Part shown: one piece after another, positions 9,065 to 17,609 of the stretch
Layout of the letters: every line of letters begins with the position of its first letter
Numbering within the stretch: position 1 is the stretch's first letter
NCBI GenBank assembly: GCA_041576815.1
Contig: JBFGKE010000014.1
Coordinates: forward strand, 8,390-72,389
Reading direction: 5' to 3'
DNA length: 64,000 bases
Origin: Polyangiales bacterium
GTDB lineage: Bacteria; Myxococcota_A; Polyangia; Polyangiales; Houyiibacteriaceae
Position numbers and translations under genes: made by a program
Notes under the pieces: model-generated
What the model saw: only the letters and a program-made list of their open reading frames with translations
Database searches by the model: none
What the model was told of the DNA's origin: nothing

Positions 9065-9117
9065 AGGGGACAGTCCCCTTTGTCCAGGAACGGTCCTGGA
9101 AAAGGGGACTGTCCCCT
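9065..9117. repeat. Two inverted copies of the AGGGGAC(A/T)GTCCCCT palindrome flanking a TCCAGGA/TCCTGGA palindrome
   Basis: aggggacagtcccct (9065-9079) ... tccaggaacggtcctgga ... aggggactgtcccct (9103-9117). The same core recurs at 50567-50579 and 56281-56293. Confidence 0.85.
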
Positions 9118-9157
9118 ATTTGCGGGCGCTGGGGGTTGGGTGGAAGACTGATGGGGG

Positions 9158-9685
9158 ATGGAGGAGCTTCGGCGGAGCTGGAGTGTGCCGGTTTGGCTGT
9201 CGGTGGCGATGGTGCTCGCCCTTGGCGTGCGCGTTGCGCTGGTATGGTCGCAGCTGCCGGACCCGATGGCTTCGCACTTCAGCGGCGGCGGGCAGCCCGA
9301 CGCCTTCATGAGCCGGAGCGGGTTCTTCCTCTGGATGGCGGTCGTCGGAGGTGGCTCCGTCGCGGCCGTCTTCGTTGCCCCCATCTTGCTTCGGATCACA
9401 CCCCGAAAGCTCGTCAACCTGCCCAACCGCGATTACTGGCTCGCCACCAACGAGCGCCGGGATGTAGCGATCGATCGGCTGGCCGGAGTGATGGGGTGGA
9501 TCGGCGCTGCGACTACCGGGCTTCTGGTGATCGCCACCGAGCTCGCGGTCCAGGCCAATCTCGAGAAAACCAACTTCGACGATGCCACGTTTCTCTTCTT
9601 CTTGGCGGTCTACTTCGTCTTCGTGGTCGCCGCGCTCGTCCAAACCGTACGGATCTTCCGAATCCCCGAGGGATCGCGCGTGTGA
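9158..9685 (+). CDS. DUF1648-type integral membrane protein
   Basis: WSQLPDPMASHFSGGGQPDAFMSRSGF after the first TM segment, with four predicted hydrophobic segments. Its stop overlaps the GTG of the next frame (GTGA at 9682-9685). Confidence 0.7.
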   Translation: MEELRRSWSVPVWLSVAMVLALGVRVALVWSQLPDPMASHFSGGGQPDAFMSRSGFFLWMAVVGGGSVAAVFVAPILLRITPRKLVNLPNRDYWLATNERRDVAIDRLAGVMGWIGAATTGLLVIATELAVQANLEKTNFDDATFLFFLAVYFVFVVAALVQTVRIFRIPEGSRV

Positions 9686-9729
9686 CCGCGCGCTTGCCAA
9701 GGGCACCGCTGCGCGGGACACTCCACGAG

Positions 9730-10749
9730 ATGCGAGCCCGGGCACCGATTCTTCTGTTGAGCCTGGCACTCTGCGCCTGCGCGACGGAGGGCACGACCGA
9801 CATCACCCCGACACTCACCTATTCTTTCGAACCGATCGCGGTGGGCCCGGGCGAAGAGGTGAGCGAAGTCTGTCAAAGTTGGACGCTCGACAACGATGAG
9901 ACGCTGTACGTCTCGAAGATTCGGCAGCGAAACGAAGGCGCCTGGCATCACTCGAACTGGTTTTTCGTTCCCGAGGACACTTATGATGGCCCGGACGGCA
10001 CGTGGGACTGCGCCGAGCGCGGCTTCCACGATGTGTCGGCTGCGCTCTCCGGCGGCGTGTTCTTTGCACAGTCCACGCAAACCTTCGAAGAGCTTCAGGC
10101 ATTTCAAGAGGGCGCGGCGCTCGAGATCCCGCCCCGGCATCGAATCGTCGGCGGGGTGCATCTCGTCAACGTATCGGCCTCCCCCATGGACACGGCGCTC
10201 AGCTTCGACATCGAAACCATCGACGAAGAGCAAGTCGACGTCCGCCTTCGGCCGATCGCATTCACCAACACGGCGCTCGACATCGAGCCCCAGGCCGAAT
10301 CGAGATTCGGCATGACCTGTGACCTGGGTGAGCCTTTCGATCGAATGCTCGGGGCGACGCCCGTCTACAACATCTATTACGTCCTCGCCCACTATCACGA
10401 ATGGGGCAACTACTTCCGGCTGAGCTTCGTCGATGAAGCCGGCGGCGATCGCACGGTCTTCGAGCTCAAGAGTGCAATCGGCGAGCCGCTCGGCGCGACT
10501 ATCGATCCCCCGATGAGCTCCAATGGCGCCTCCGGCCTCCGCGTGGAATGCGGCTACATCAACAACACCGATCGCCGACTGAAATACGGTCTTGGTGGGC
10601 AGGAGATGTGCGTGTTTCTAGCCTATAGCGACGCAGATTTGAAAATCGGCGCGGCGTCTTCGGCCAACACCGCCCTCGGCCCGAACGAAGAGGGTGTGTA
10701 CATGAACGAGACGTCCTGCGGCGCGGTGCTCGCTACGCCGGCGGAGTGA
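9730..10749 (+). CDS. Lipoprotein resembling copper type II ascorbate-dependent monooxygenases (PHM/DBH catalytic core)
   Basis: Trimmed from 9136..10749. MRARAPILLLSLALCAC lipobox (alt coupled GTG start at 9682). WHHSNW, GGVHLVN, AHYHEWG and GGQEMCVF occur in the order and spacing of PHM copper ligands HH..H / HxH..M. Confidence 0.6.
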   Translation: MRARAPILLLSLALCACATEGTTDITPTLTYSFEPIAVGPGEEVSEVCQSWTLDNDETLYVSKIRQRNEGAWHHSNWFFVPEDTYDGPDGTWDCAERGFHDVSAALSGGVFFAQSTQTFEELQAFQEGAALEIPPRHRIVGGVHLVNVSASPMDTALSFDIETIDEEQVDVRLRPIAFTNTALDIEPQAESRFGMTCDLGEPFDRMLGATPVYNIYYVLAHYHEWGNYFRLSFVDEAGGDRTVFELKSAIGEPLGATIDPPMSSNGASGLRVECGYINNTDRRLKYGLGGQEMCVFLAYSDADLKIGAASSANTALGPNEEGVYMNETSCGAVLATPAE

Positions 10750-11245
10750 CGCCGCGCACGCCAAACGGTTGGGGCTTCCACATCCGGATGCCGAGCAGAA
10801 ACGGGATCACCCAGTAGGGACCGTTGAAGGCCCAGAACACGAGAGGGTTTCCAGGTGGGGGCCCGATCCAATACTCGTAGATGAAGAACTCGGTGCAGCC
10901 GTGAAGCATCGCGCCGACGTAAACCAGCGCCATCGGCTGAATCCAGTTCTTGCCCTTGATGAAGGCGTACACGAGCAGCAGGTAAAACGGTCCGTACACC
11001 ATCCCGGAAATGCCGGTGTTGACTCGCACGTAAGGGTGATCCGCCAGGAAGAAGTGGTCCTGCGCGATCTCCCCGTACCAGCGGTTGGCGCGGGACCAAA
11101 AGGCGTCGCCTTCGAGCAGGCCGAGCGCGTGCCACGAATCGCTGAAGAAAGACGAGAAGGCGAAAAACGAGAAGCAAACCACGAAAAAAATGTCTTTTCT
11201 TCGCTCGCTCAGCGGTAGCCCTTCGCTCGTGCTCACCATCTGCAA
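10733..11245 (-). CDS. TMEM97 (sigma-2 receptor)/EXPERA-family four-TM membrane protein
   Basis: By-eye alignment to human TMEM97: NRWYGEIAQDHFF vs LKWYAKEFKDPLL; YAFIKGKNWIQPMALVY vs YAFLKGSCKWIRTPAIIY; GPYWVIPFLL vs APYLLIPFIL. 170 aa. Confidence 0.7.
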   Translation of the reverse strand: MQMVSTSEGLPLSERRKDIFFVVCFSFFAFSSFFSDSWHALGLLEGDAFWSRANRWYGEIAQDHFFLADHPYVRVNTGISGMVYGPFYLLLVYAFIKGKNWIQPMALVYVGAMLHGCTEFFIYEYWIGPPPGNPLVFWAFNGPYWVIPFLLGIRMWKPQPFGVRGVTPPA

Positions 11246-11444
11246 TTCCGCTCCCTCGCGCCTGCCCTGTTACTAGAAAGGCCACCTAGTTCACAAGAAA
11301 AGATTTTTCTGTGATCTCGTGAATGCATCGACGTCCGGCCCCGTCTGAGCGCCGCGAAACTTGGCCGAGATCGCTTGCGGCTGATCGTGGATCCGGTCAT
11401 ACCCCGGGCGCCCCGGCGTCGGGGCAGGAGAGAAAGGGCAAGAA

Positions 11445-11867
11445 ATGTTGAAAGAATTCAAGGAGTTTGCGCTCAAGGGCAATGTCATGGACATGGCCGT
11501 GGGCATCATCATCGGTGGCGCATTTGGCAAGATCATCGCATCGTTGGTGGCCGACGTGCTGATGCCGGTGGTCGGGCTGTTCACGGGCGACATCGACTTC
11601 AGCCAGAAATACATCCTGCTCGGTGATGGAAGCTTCGAGTCGCTGGCGGCCGCGGAGGAAGCCGGCGCCGCGGTGCTCAAGTATGGCGCCTTCATCATGA
11701 CGGTCTTCGACTTCGTCATCATCGCGTTCGTGATTTTCATGATGATTCGATGGATGAACTCCCTTCGCAAAAAGGAAGAGGCCGCCGAAGAGGCAGCGCC
11801 GCCGCCGCCCCCGAAGGAAGAGGTTCTCCTCGCAGAGATACGCGACATCCTGGCCAAGCAGCGATAG
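11445..11867 (+). CDS. mscL: Large-conductance mechanosensitive channel
   Basis: [31 protein letters not shown]...DVLMP, a canonical MscL N-terminus. 140 aa. Confidence 0.95.
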   Translation: MLKEFKEFALKGNVMDMAVGIIIGGAFGKIIASLVADVLMPVVGLFTGDIDFSQKYILLGDGSFESLAAAEEAGAAVLKYGAFIMTVFDFVIIAFVIFMMIRWMNSLRKKEEAAEEAAPPPPPKEEVLLAEIRDILAKQR

Positions 11868-11899
11868 CCCGCGCGTGCAGGAGCGAGCCGAACCTGGCG

Positions 11900-13060
11900 T
11901 CAGCGTCGTCGTTTGACGGGGCGGCGCGCTGGGCTTCGGCCGCTCGAAGCACCCAGGTGCCGAGCGCACTTTCGCCTGAACTCGCGAATCACGGGGATGG
12001 CGTCGAGCCAAGCCGACGCGTCGGCGCGGTCGTTGTCGTGCTCGCTGAGCTCACCCGCGAAGCCATGGGGGATCTGGCTGAAGTGCTCGGACTCGTCGGC
12101 TGCCTCGTCGAAGAAGTGATACTCGTAGCCCGGGACGAATAGGTCCTCGTCAGCTACGACGTCGATCGTGCGAACACCGAAGGTCGAAAGCTCGGTCGTG
12201 AGCGCCTGCGGCGGAATGATCCACACGTGTCGGGGCCCCGCCATGAAGAGGTATTGAATCTTTCTGTTTCGCGACAGGATTCGAAATCGCTTCAGCACGC
12301 CGCCATACATCGCACTTTTCGACTCGCCGATCTCGAGGATGCCCTCGACGAAGTCGGGCTCGAAGCCGGAGACGATCACCAGCGAGGTAGGATCGTTCCT
12401 CCGCGTGAAGCGCGCGATGCTGCGGCCGCCGTTGATCAGATTTCGACGGTCGGCCTCCGCGCGCCGACGCGGCTGGGTGAAATCACGATAGGGCGCGGTG
12501 CGAGAGCTCGGCGCCCCGCGTAAGATCAAAAACAGCGCCTCCTCGTCGGTCCGTGCCCGCCCAGCCGTTCTCGAGATCGTTTCGAGCGCCGTCTGCATCT
12601 CCAATGGGAGATCCGTAGTCGACTCGACGCATTCCATGATTTCGAAACCGCTCTTGACGATCGTCCTGACGTCGCCCTTGCCAATCCAGAAGTCGCCGTG
12701 ATTTGCGATCAAATGCGAGGCGGCTCGCCAAACCAACGAGAGGTCTTTGTAAAAGATGCGGGCGTAAATCTGAGCGCGCTGTCCCGGCTCCACCGGGGGC
12801 ACGACATAGGCCACGAAAAACCGAACCGCCTCATTTTTCCGTGGGTTGGTGAGAAAGAACCGGTAGCCAAAAAGTGAGATGACGTGCTTGGGCGTATAGC
12901 CGCGCGAAAGCAACGACCGCGGATCGTCGCGCGACTCGCCTCCCACACGAAGCACCGCTCCAGAAGCAAGGATCTTTCGAAAAGCCTGCGCGACTCGCTG
13001 CGGCGGAAGAGGTTCCGGTTGGACGCTGGGCACGATTTCCGTGGGGATGAGATGGGCCAC
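11900..13060 (-). CDS. Conserved-looking hypothetical protein, no family recognised
   Basis: Track ORF of 386 aa with high GC3 and balanced composition (YRFFLTNPRKNEAVRFFVAYVVPP, FWIGKGDVRTIV, VIVSGFEPDFVEGILEIGESKS). The antisense ORFs look spurious. Confidence 0.6.
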   Translation of the reverse strand: MAHLIPTEIVPSVQPEPLPPQRVAQAFRKILASGAVLRVGGESRDDPRSLLSRGYTPKHVISLFGYRFFLTNPRKNEAVRFFVAYVVPPVEPGQRAQIYARIFYKDLSLVWRAASHLIANHGDFWIGKGDVRTIVKSGFEIMECVESTTDLPLEMQTALETISRTAGRARTDEEALFLILRGAPSSRTAPYRDFTQPRRRAEADRRNLINGGRSIARFTRRNDPTSLVIVSGFEPDFVEGILEIGESKSAMYGGVLKRFRILSRNRKIQYLFMAGPRHVWIIPPQALTTELSTFGVRTIDVVADEDLFVPGYEYHFFDEAADESEHFSQIPHGFAGELSEHDNDRADASAWLDAIPVIREFRRKCARHLGASSGRSPARRPVKRRR

Positions 13061-13215
13061 TGGCGCCCGTGCTTACCACGAGGACGCACCGCTCGCCCAG
13101 CGCCGTCGTGGCCATCATGGCGGATTCGATTGCATGTCGCTCGCCACCCGGCGAAGCGCTTCCGAGTTAGCTTTCTAGGCGATCGCTTGGTACTCTTCCT
13201 GCGCTTCGGTCGCCG

Positions 13216-14112
13216 GTGAGCAGCTCGTACTACACCATCGTCAATCGCGCGGCTGGTGGCGGCCGTTGCGGAAAACTGGCCCCGGTTGCGCTCGAAGACC
13301 TCGAACGACGAGGGGTCGAGCTCGACGAGACGGTTTTCACTGAAGCCCCAAAGGATGCGATCGAGCTCGCGAAGCGCGGAGCGGCCGCGGGTCACCGCCG
13401 TTTCCTTTCGGTGGGTGGCGATGGGACCGCCGGCGAGGTCGTCCACGGGCTCGCCGAGGCCGGGGTGTCGCGGGAATGCACTCTCGCCATGCTCCCGCTC
13501 GGCACGGGAAATTCTTTTCTGCGCGACTTCGGGGTGACCAGCGTGGAGCAGGCTTCCGTTGCAATTGCGAGCGATCGAAGCCGACCCATCGACGTCCTTC
13601 GGCTCACGCACGAGGACGGCACCATCCACTTCATCAACACCATGGGGACGGGTTTCGTCGCCCAGGTCGGCGAGCTCGCAAACGAGCGGTTCAAATACCT
13701 CGGCGCCGGCGCCTACGTCGCCGCGGTGTTCCTTTGTATGATCCGGCTCCGGCACGAAGAGACCGTCCTCCGATACGACGGGGTCGTCGACGACCGAGCG
13801 ACCGTGCTGAGCGCGTTTTCGAACAGTCAGTACACGGGCGGCTCGATGCGCTTGGCGCCGGACGCACACGTTGCCGACGGCCTTCTCGATGTCGTGCGCG
13901 CTTCTCCGCGTGGCCGCGCCGCGCTTCTCGCAGCGTTCGTGCGCATCTTCTCGGGGACACACGTCGACCTGGACGACGTCTGGGCACACCAGGTCGATCG
14001 CGTCGATTTCGTCGATCCCACTCGGCAGGCTGTCCTCATCGATGGTGACCTTTTTCATCTCACACCACTTCACATCGACGTGCTGCCCGGCGCGATTCGA
14101 GTCGTGGCATGA
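13216..14112 (+). CDS. Diacylglycerol-kinase-catalytic-domain lipid kinase (YegS/LCB5 type)
   Basis: IVNRAAGGG..., SVGGDGTAGEVVHGL, LPLGTGNSFLRDF. GTG start. ATGA overlap with the next gene. Confidence 0.85.
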   Translation: MSSSYYTIVNRAAGGGRCGKLAPVALEDLERRGVELDETVFTEAPKDAIELAKRGAAAGHRRFLSVGGDGTAGEVVHGLAEAGVSRECTLAMLPLGTGNSFLRDFGVTSVEQASVAIASDRSRPIDVLRLTHEDGTIHFINTMGTGFVAQVGELANERFKYLGAGAYVAAVFLCMIRLRHEETVLRYDGVVDDRATVLSAFSNSQYTGGSMRLAPDAHVADGLLDVVRASPRGRAALLAAFVRIFSGTHVDLDDVWAHQVDRVDFVDPTRQAVLIDGDLFHLTPLHIDVLPGAIRVVA

Positions 14113-14852
14113 AGCGACCCATCACCCTCGTCGATCGAGCCGTCAGCGCGTTGATTTGGATCCTCGCGGGAGGGTTCCTGGTGGTGATGACGACCATCTT
14201 GGCCGTTTCTTACCGAATCGTGCCGGCCGACCGCCTTCAGTGGCTCGAGCGCTTCTATTGCCGGCTCCAGATCGCGTTGACGTTCAACCGCGTCACCCAT
14301 CACGTTCATCCCGCGGTCGACGCCGGCACGTCCTACATTTTTCTCCAGAACCACAGCAGCCAGCTCGACCACGTCGCGATGTACACTGCAACCCCTCACT
14401 TCAAGCAGGGCGTGGAGCTCGAAAGCCACTTCGCGTACCCGTTTTACGGTTGGCTGATGAAAGGCCGAGGGACGATTCCTGTGCCCGCCGGTCGCACGAA
14501 GGCGTTGCGTGCTCTGCGCGATGCAATACGCTCCGAAATCGATGCAGGCCATTCGGTGCTCGGCTTCCCCGAGGGCCACCGGACGATGACAGGACGCGTG
14601 GGCCGCTTCTATGATGGCTTGTTCTGGATCGCCGTAGAGCTAGGCGTCCCCGTCGTTCCGGTCGCAGTGACCGGCCTCTACGAGGTTCTTCACAAAGGCT
14701 CGCTGATCATTCGTCCGGGAAGCCGAATCGAGGTCTTCGTGGAGGAACCGATCGCGACCGAGAGCCTCGAAGCGCAGGACGTTGCCGCGCTTCGCGACCG
14801 CGTGAGGGACATCATTGCAGCGCGGGTCGATGCGCATTTCGCAGATGCGTAG
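14109..14852 (+). CDS. PlsC/LPLAT-family acyltransferase
   Basis: NHSSQLD (HX4D) and GFPEGHRT (EGTR-like) motifs, plus an N-terminal TM segment. Confidence 0.85.
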   Translation: MKRPITLVDRAVSALIWILAGGFLVVMTTILAVSYRIVPADRLQWLERFYCRLQIALTFNRVTHHVHPAVDAGTSYIFLQNHSSQLDHVAMYTATPHFKQGVELESHFAYPFYGWLMKGRGTIPVPAGRTKALRALRDAIRSEIDAGHSVLGFPEGHRTMTGRVGRFYDGLFWIAVELGVPVVPVAVTGLYEVLHKGSLIIRPGSRIEVFVEEPIATESLEAQDVAALRDRVRDIIAARVDAHFADA

Positions 14853-15758
14853 TCACCGGTTTCCTCGACGCGCACGCTTCGTCAGCGTGCGAAACAACCT
14901 CTGAAACATCGCGGCCTCGCGGGAGACGGGCTCGTGCTGATCTTTCTTGTCGCCCGATTCGGGATAGAGCTGATACGCCGCGTTGAGCACGCGGTCGACC
15001 GCGTTCGGCGCGATGCCGTACGCGAACTCGAAGAGGTTTCCAGCCGTGATCGCCACTCGTTTTGGTTGATCGATGATGCCCTCGACGATCAGGTCGGTTG
15101 CCTGCTCTGCATTTCGCATCGGGAAGCTATCGTAGATCGTGGTCGATTCCATCATCGGGGTCTTGACCAGCGGCATGTACACGGTGGTGACCTTGATCCC
15201 GTCTTTGAGCGCTTCGATCGCCAACACGCGGCAGAAGGCGTCCAGCGCAGCCTTGCTGGCGAGATAGGCCCCGTAGCGCGGAACGTTCACCTGCACGCCG
15301 ATGGTCGATACGTTGACGATTTGGCCCTCTTTGCGGGCGCGCATCCCAGGCAGGAAACCCATGATGAGACGAACGGCACCGAGGAAGTTGAGCGCGATCG
15401 TGCGCTCGAAATCATGCACGCGGTCGTACGACTTTGCCACGCTTCGCCGAATCGAAATCCCAGCATTGTTCACCAAGATGTCGACCTGACCGCGTTCGTC
15501 CAAGATCTTCTCGACCGCTCGGCGCGTGTCCTCTTCGCTCGAGAGGTCGCACGGATACACGAACGCCTTTCCCGACCGGGATTCGATGCGCCGCTGGAGC
15601 TCTCGTAGCTTGTCTTCCGAGCGCGCGATCAAAATCACTTCTGCATCCGCGTCGGCCAACCGATTGGCGAGGGCTTCGCCGATGCCGCTCGACGCGCCCG
15701 TCACGACGACGGTTCGGTCCGCAACTCTTTGGCGAAGCGCATCGTCCGTACGTTTCAT
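14853..15758 (-). CDS. Short-chain dehydrogenase/reductase
   Basis: VVVTGASSGIGEAL, NNAG, YLASKAAL catalytic YxxxK. Its stop abuts the stop of the convergent acyltransferase gene with 0 nt between. Confidence 0.9.
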   Translation of the reverse strand: MKRTDDALRQRVADRTVVVTGASSGIGEALANRLADADAEVILIARSEDKLRELQRRIESRSGKAFVYPCDLSSEEDTRRAVEKILDERGQVDILVNNAGISIRRSVAKSYDRVHDFERTIALNFLGAVRLIMGFLPGMRARKEGQIVNVSTIGVQVNVPRYGAYLASKAALDAFCRVLAIEALKDGIKVTTVYMPLVKTPMMESTTIYDSFPMRNAEQATDLIVEGIIDQPKRVAITAGNLFEFAYGIAPNAVDRVLNAAYQLYPESGDKKDQHEPVSREAAMFQRLFRTLTKRARRGNR

Positions 15759-15849
15759 AGTACCTCCTCCGCGTTGGGCGTGAGTCGCTGCTCGCCGAAC
15801 ACGAAAGCTTCGGGCCGCACGAGGCGGAAGTCGATCGCGGCCTTCTCGC

Positions 15850-17565
15850 TCAAGGGAGACGACGCTCCTCGTCGGGCATGTCGAGTGCGAGCGTGCCTCC
15901 CGGATTGAGGATGTTCTTCGGATCGAAGTGGCGCTTCAGCGCGCGAAACACCTCGAGCTCGTTCTTGCCGAGCTGCCCCTCTAGCCACGGCGCGGTCATC
16001 TTCCCGATTCCGTGGTGGTGGCTCATCGTCGCCCCAGACGACTGAATGGCATCCAGCAAGCCGCGGTGAAAGCCCACGAACTCATCGGCGCCCATCTTCG
16101 CGATGAAGATGAAATAGAGGTTCGCACCTTGCGGATAGCAGTGCGACATGTGCGCCATGCACACGGTTTGCGGGCGGCTCTTCACGTAGGCGCGCACGTG
16201 CTGATGCACGTGAGGCAATTGGTCCCAGCTCGTCGCACACTCGAGAGTGTCGATCAAAATCCCGAAGTCCTGCAGGTCCTCACGCATGTAAGGATCGGTG
16301 AAGCGGCCGTGCTCCCACTTCTTGGTGATGAAACCCGTCGCGTACATCCCCCCCTGCGCCCTGCACACACTTCGGATCCGTCGCTTGGCCATCGAGGTGT
16401 ACGCCGCGTCTCCATCGACCGTGCCGAGCATGAGGCAGCGCTCCCCCTTCTTGAACCCGCGAAGGCTCACCAGCGTGTCGATGGGGGTGCCTTCGACGCC
16501 GTAAAGCTTGAATGCGACGTCGGTTTCTTCGGGATCCGAAAGTCGAAACACCGATGGAAAGCCGAACTCGGCCTGCATGATCTCGCGGGCTGCAGCGGTG
16601 GCGCGAGCCCAGTCGGGAAAGATGAAGCTGAAGCGCCGCGTGTTCTCGGGCTGGTAGCGAAACACCTTGAGCGTGACTGCGACCAAGACTCCGAAGGCTC
16701 CCTCGCTGCCGATCATGATTTGGTCGAGGTTTGGGCCGGTCGCATAGGCGGGAACATCCACCGTGCGAATCGTGCCAACCGGCGTCACGTACTCCTGGCT
16801 CAAAACCAAGTCCTCGGCCTTGCCGTAGTACGTCGAGTTTTGGCCGGCCCCGCGCGTCACCACCCATCCGCCCGCCGACGAAAACTCGAACGACTGCGGA
16901 AAATGGCCGCAGGTATACGCGCGCGGCGCTCCGAACCGCCCGGGCGCGTCGTGGAGCGCTTCCTCGAGCGCCGGTCCCAAGATGCCGGGCTCCACCGTGA
17001 CCGTTTGATCGACCGCGTTGAGGGAGAGGACGCGATTCATGTGCTTGCCGAGATGAAGGGACACGCCCCCTCGCACGCACTCCGTGCCTCGCGTCACGCT
17101 CGAGCCGGCCCCGTAGGTGTAAAGCGGGATTTCCTGTTCGTGGCAGTAGCGGACGATCGCCTCGACGTCGTCTCTGTGACGGGGGTACAGCACGAGGTCG
17201 GGAAGGTTTTCGACGCGTTTCTCTCGAAGCCGAAGCGCGTCGAACATCGTCTTTCCGTACGATACGCGAACCCGCGCATAGACGTCCTCGCTGACATTGT
17301 CGTCACCGAGCAGATCGCGGAAGAAGCCTACTCGATCGGGGCTCAATGAGATTGGAACGTCGACCGCGACTTCTTCCAGGCCAAGGTGCTCGGGTGCGCG
17401 AAAATCGTCGTTGGTGAGCTCGAAAAGCTCCTTCATCAAGGCGTAGAGCCGCGGGTTCGGGTGCTTGTAGGCCTCCGGCGCGCCCCATTTGAAAGCGGAG
17501 CGATACGAGCGCGGAGGCAAAGCGCCCTCGAACCAGGGTGGCGTGAAGGATGGCTTGCCCGTCAT
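15850..17565 (-). CDS. FAD-linked oxidase of the alkyl-dihydroxyacetonephosphate synthase (AGPS) type
   Basis: Trimmed from 15850..17856 to ATG 17565. N-terminus FKWGAPEAYKHPNPRLY, FAD-binding PCMH-type region LYPRHRDDVEAIVRYCHEQEIPLYTYGAGSSV, C-terminal HHHGIG. Confidence 0.75.
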   Translation of the reverse strand: MTGKPSFTPPWFEGALPPRSYRSAFKWGAPEAYKHPNPRLYALMKELFELTNDDFRAPEHLGLEEVAVDVPISLSPDRVGFFRDLLGDDNVSEDVYARVRVSYGKTMFDALRLREKRVENLPDLVLYPRHRDDVEAIVRYCHEQEIPLYTYGAGSSVTRGTECVRGGVSLHLGKHMNRVLSLNAVDQTVTVEPGILGPALEEALHDAPGRFGAPRAYTCGHFPQSFEFSSAGGWVVTRGAGQNSTYYGKAEDLVLSQEYVTPVGTIRTVDVPAYATGPNLDQIMIGSEGAFGVLVAVTLKVFRYQPENTRRFSFIFPDWARATAAAREIMQAEFGFPSVFRLSDPEETDVAFKLYGVEGTPIDTLVSLRGFKKGERCLMLGTVDGDAAYTSMAKRRIRSVCRAQGGMYATGFITKKWEHGRFTDPYMREDLQDFGILIDTLECATSWDQLPHVHQHVRAYVKSRPQTVCMAHMSHCYPQGANLYFIFIAKMGADEFVGFHRGLLDAIQSSGATMSHHHGIGKMTAPWLEGQLGKNELEVFRALKRHFDPKNILNPGGTLALDMPDEERRLP

Positions 17566-17609
17566 GTGGTCTCTCTTTCGGCGCCGACCATAGCACCGGC
17601 GCGGCTCGG

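Noticed and set aside
12709-14073. Long ORFs antisense to or overlapping recognised genes. Examples: 12709..14073(-), 16012..17349(+), 20841..22016(-), 28341..29915(-), 31676..33514(-), 6920..8392(+), 55267..56262(-), 60680..61540(-).
   Set aside because: Their translations are Arg/Ala/Pro/Gly-rich with no motifs, and each lies opposite a frame with clear family signatures. Long spurious antisense ORFs are expected in high-GC DNA.
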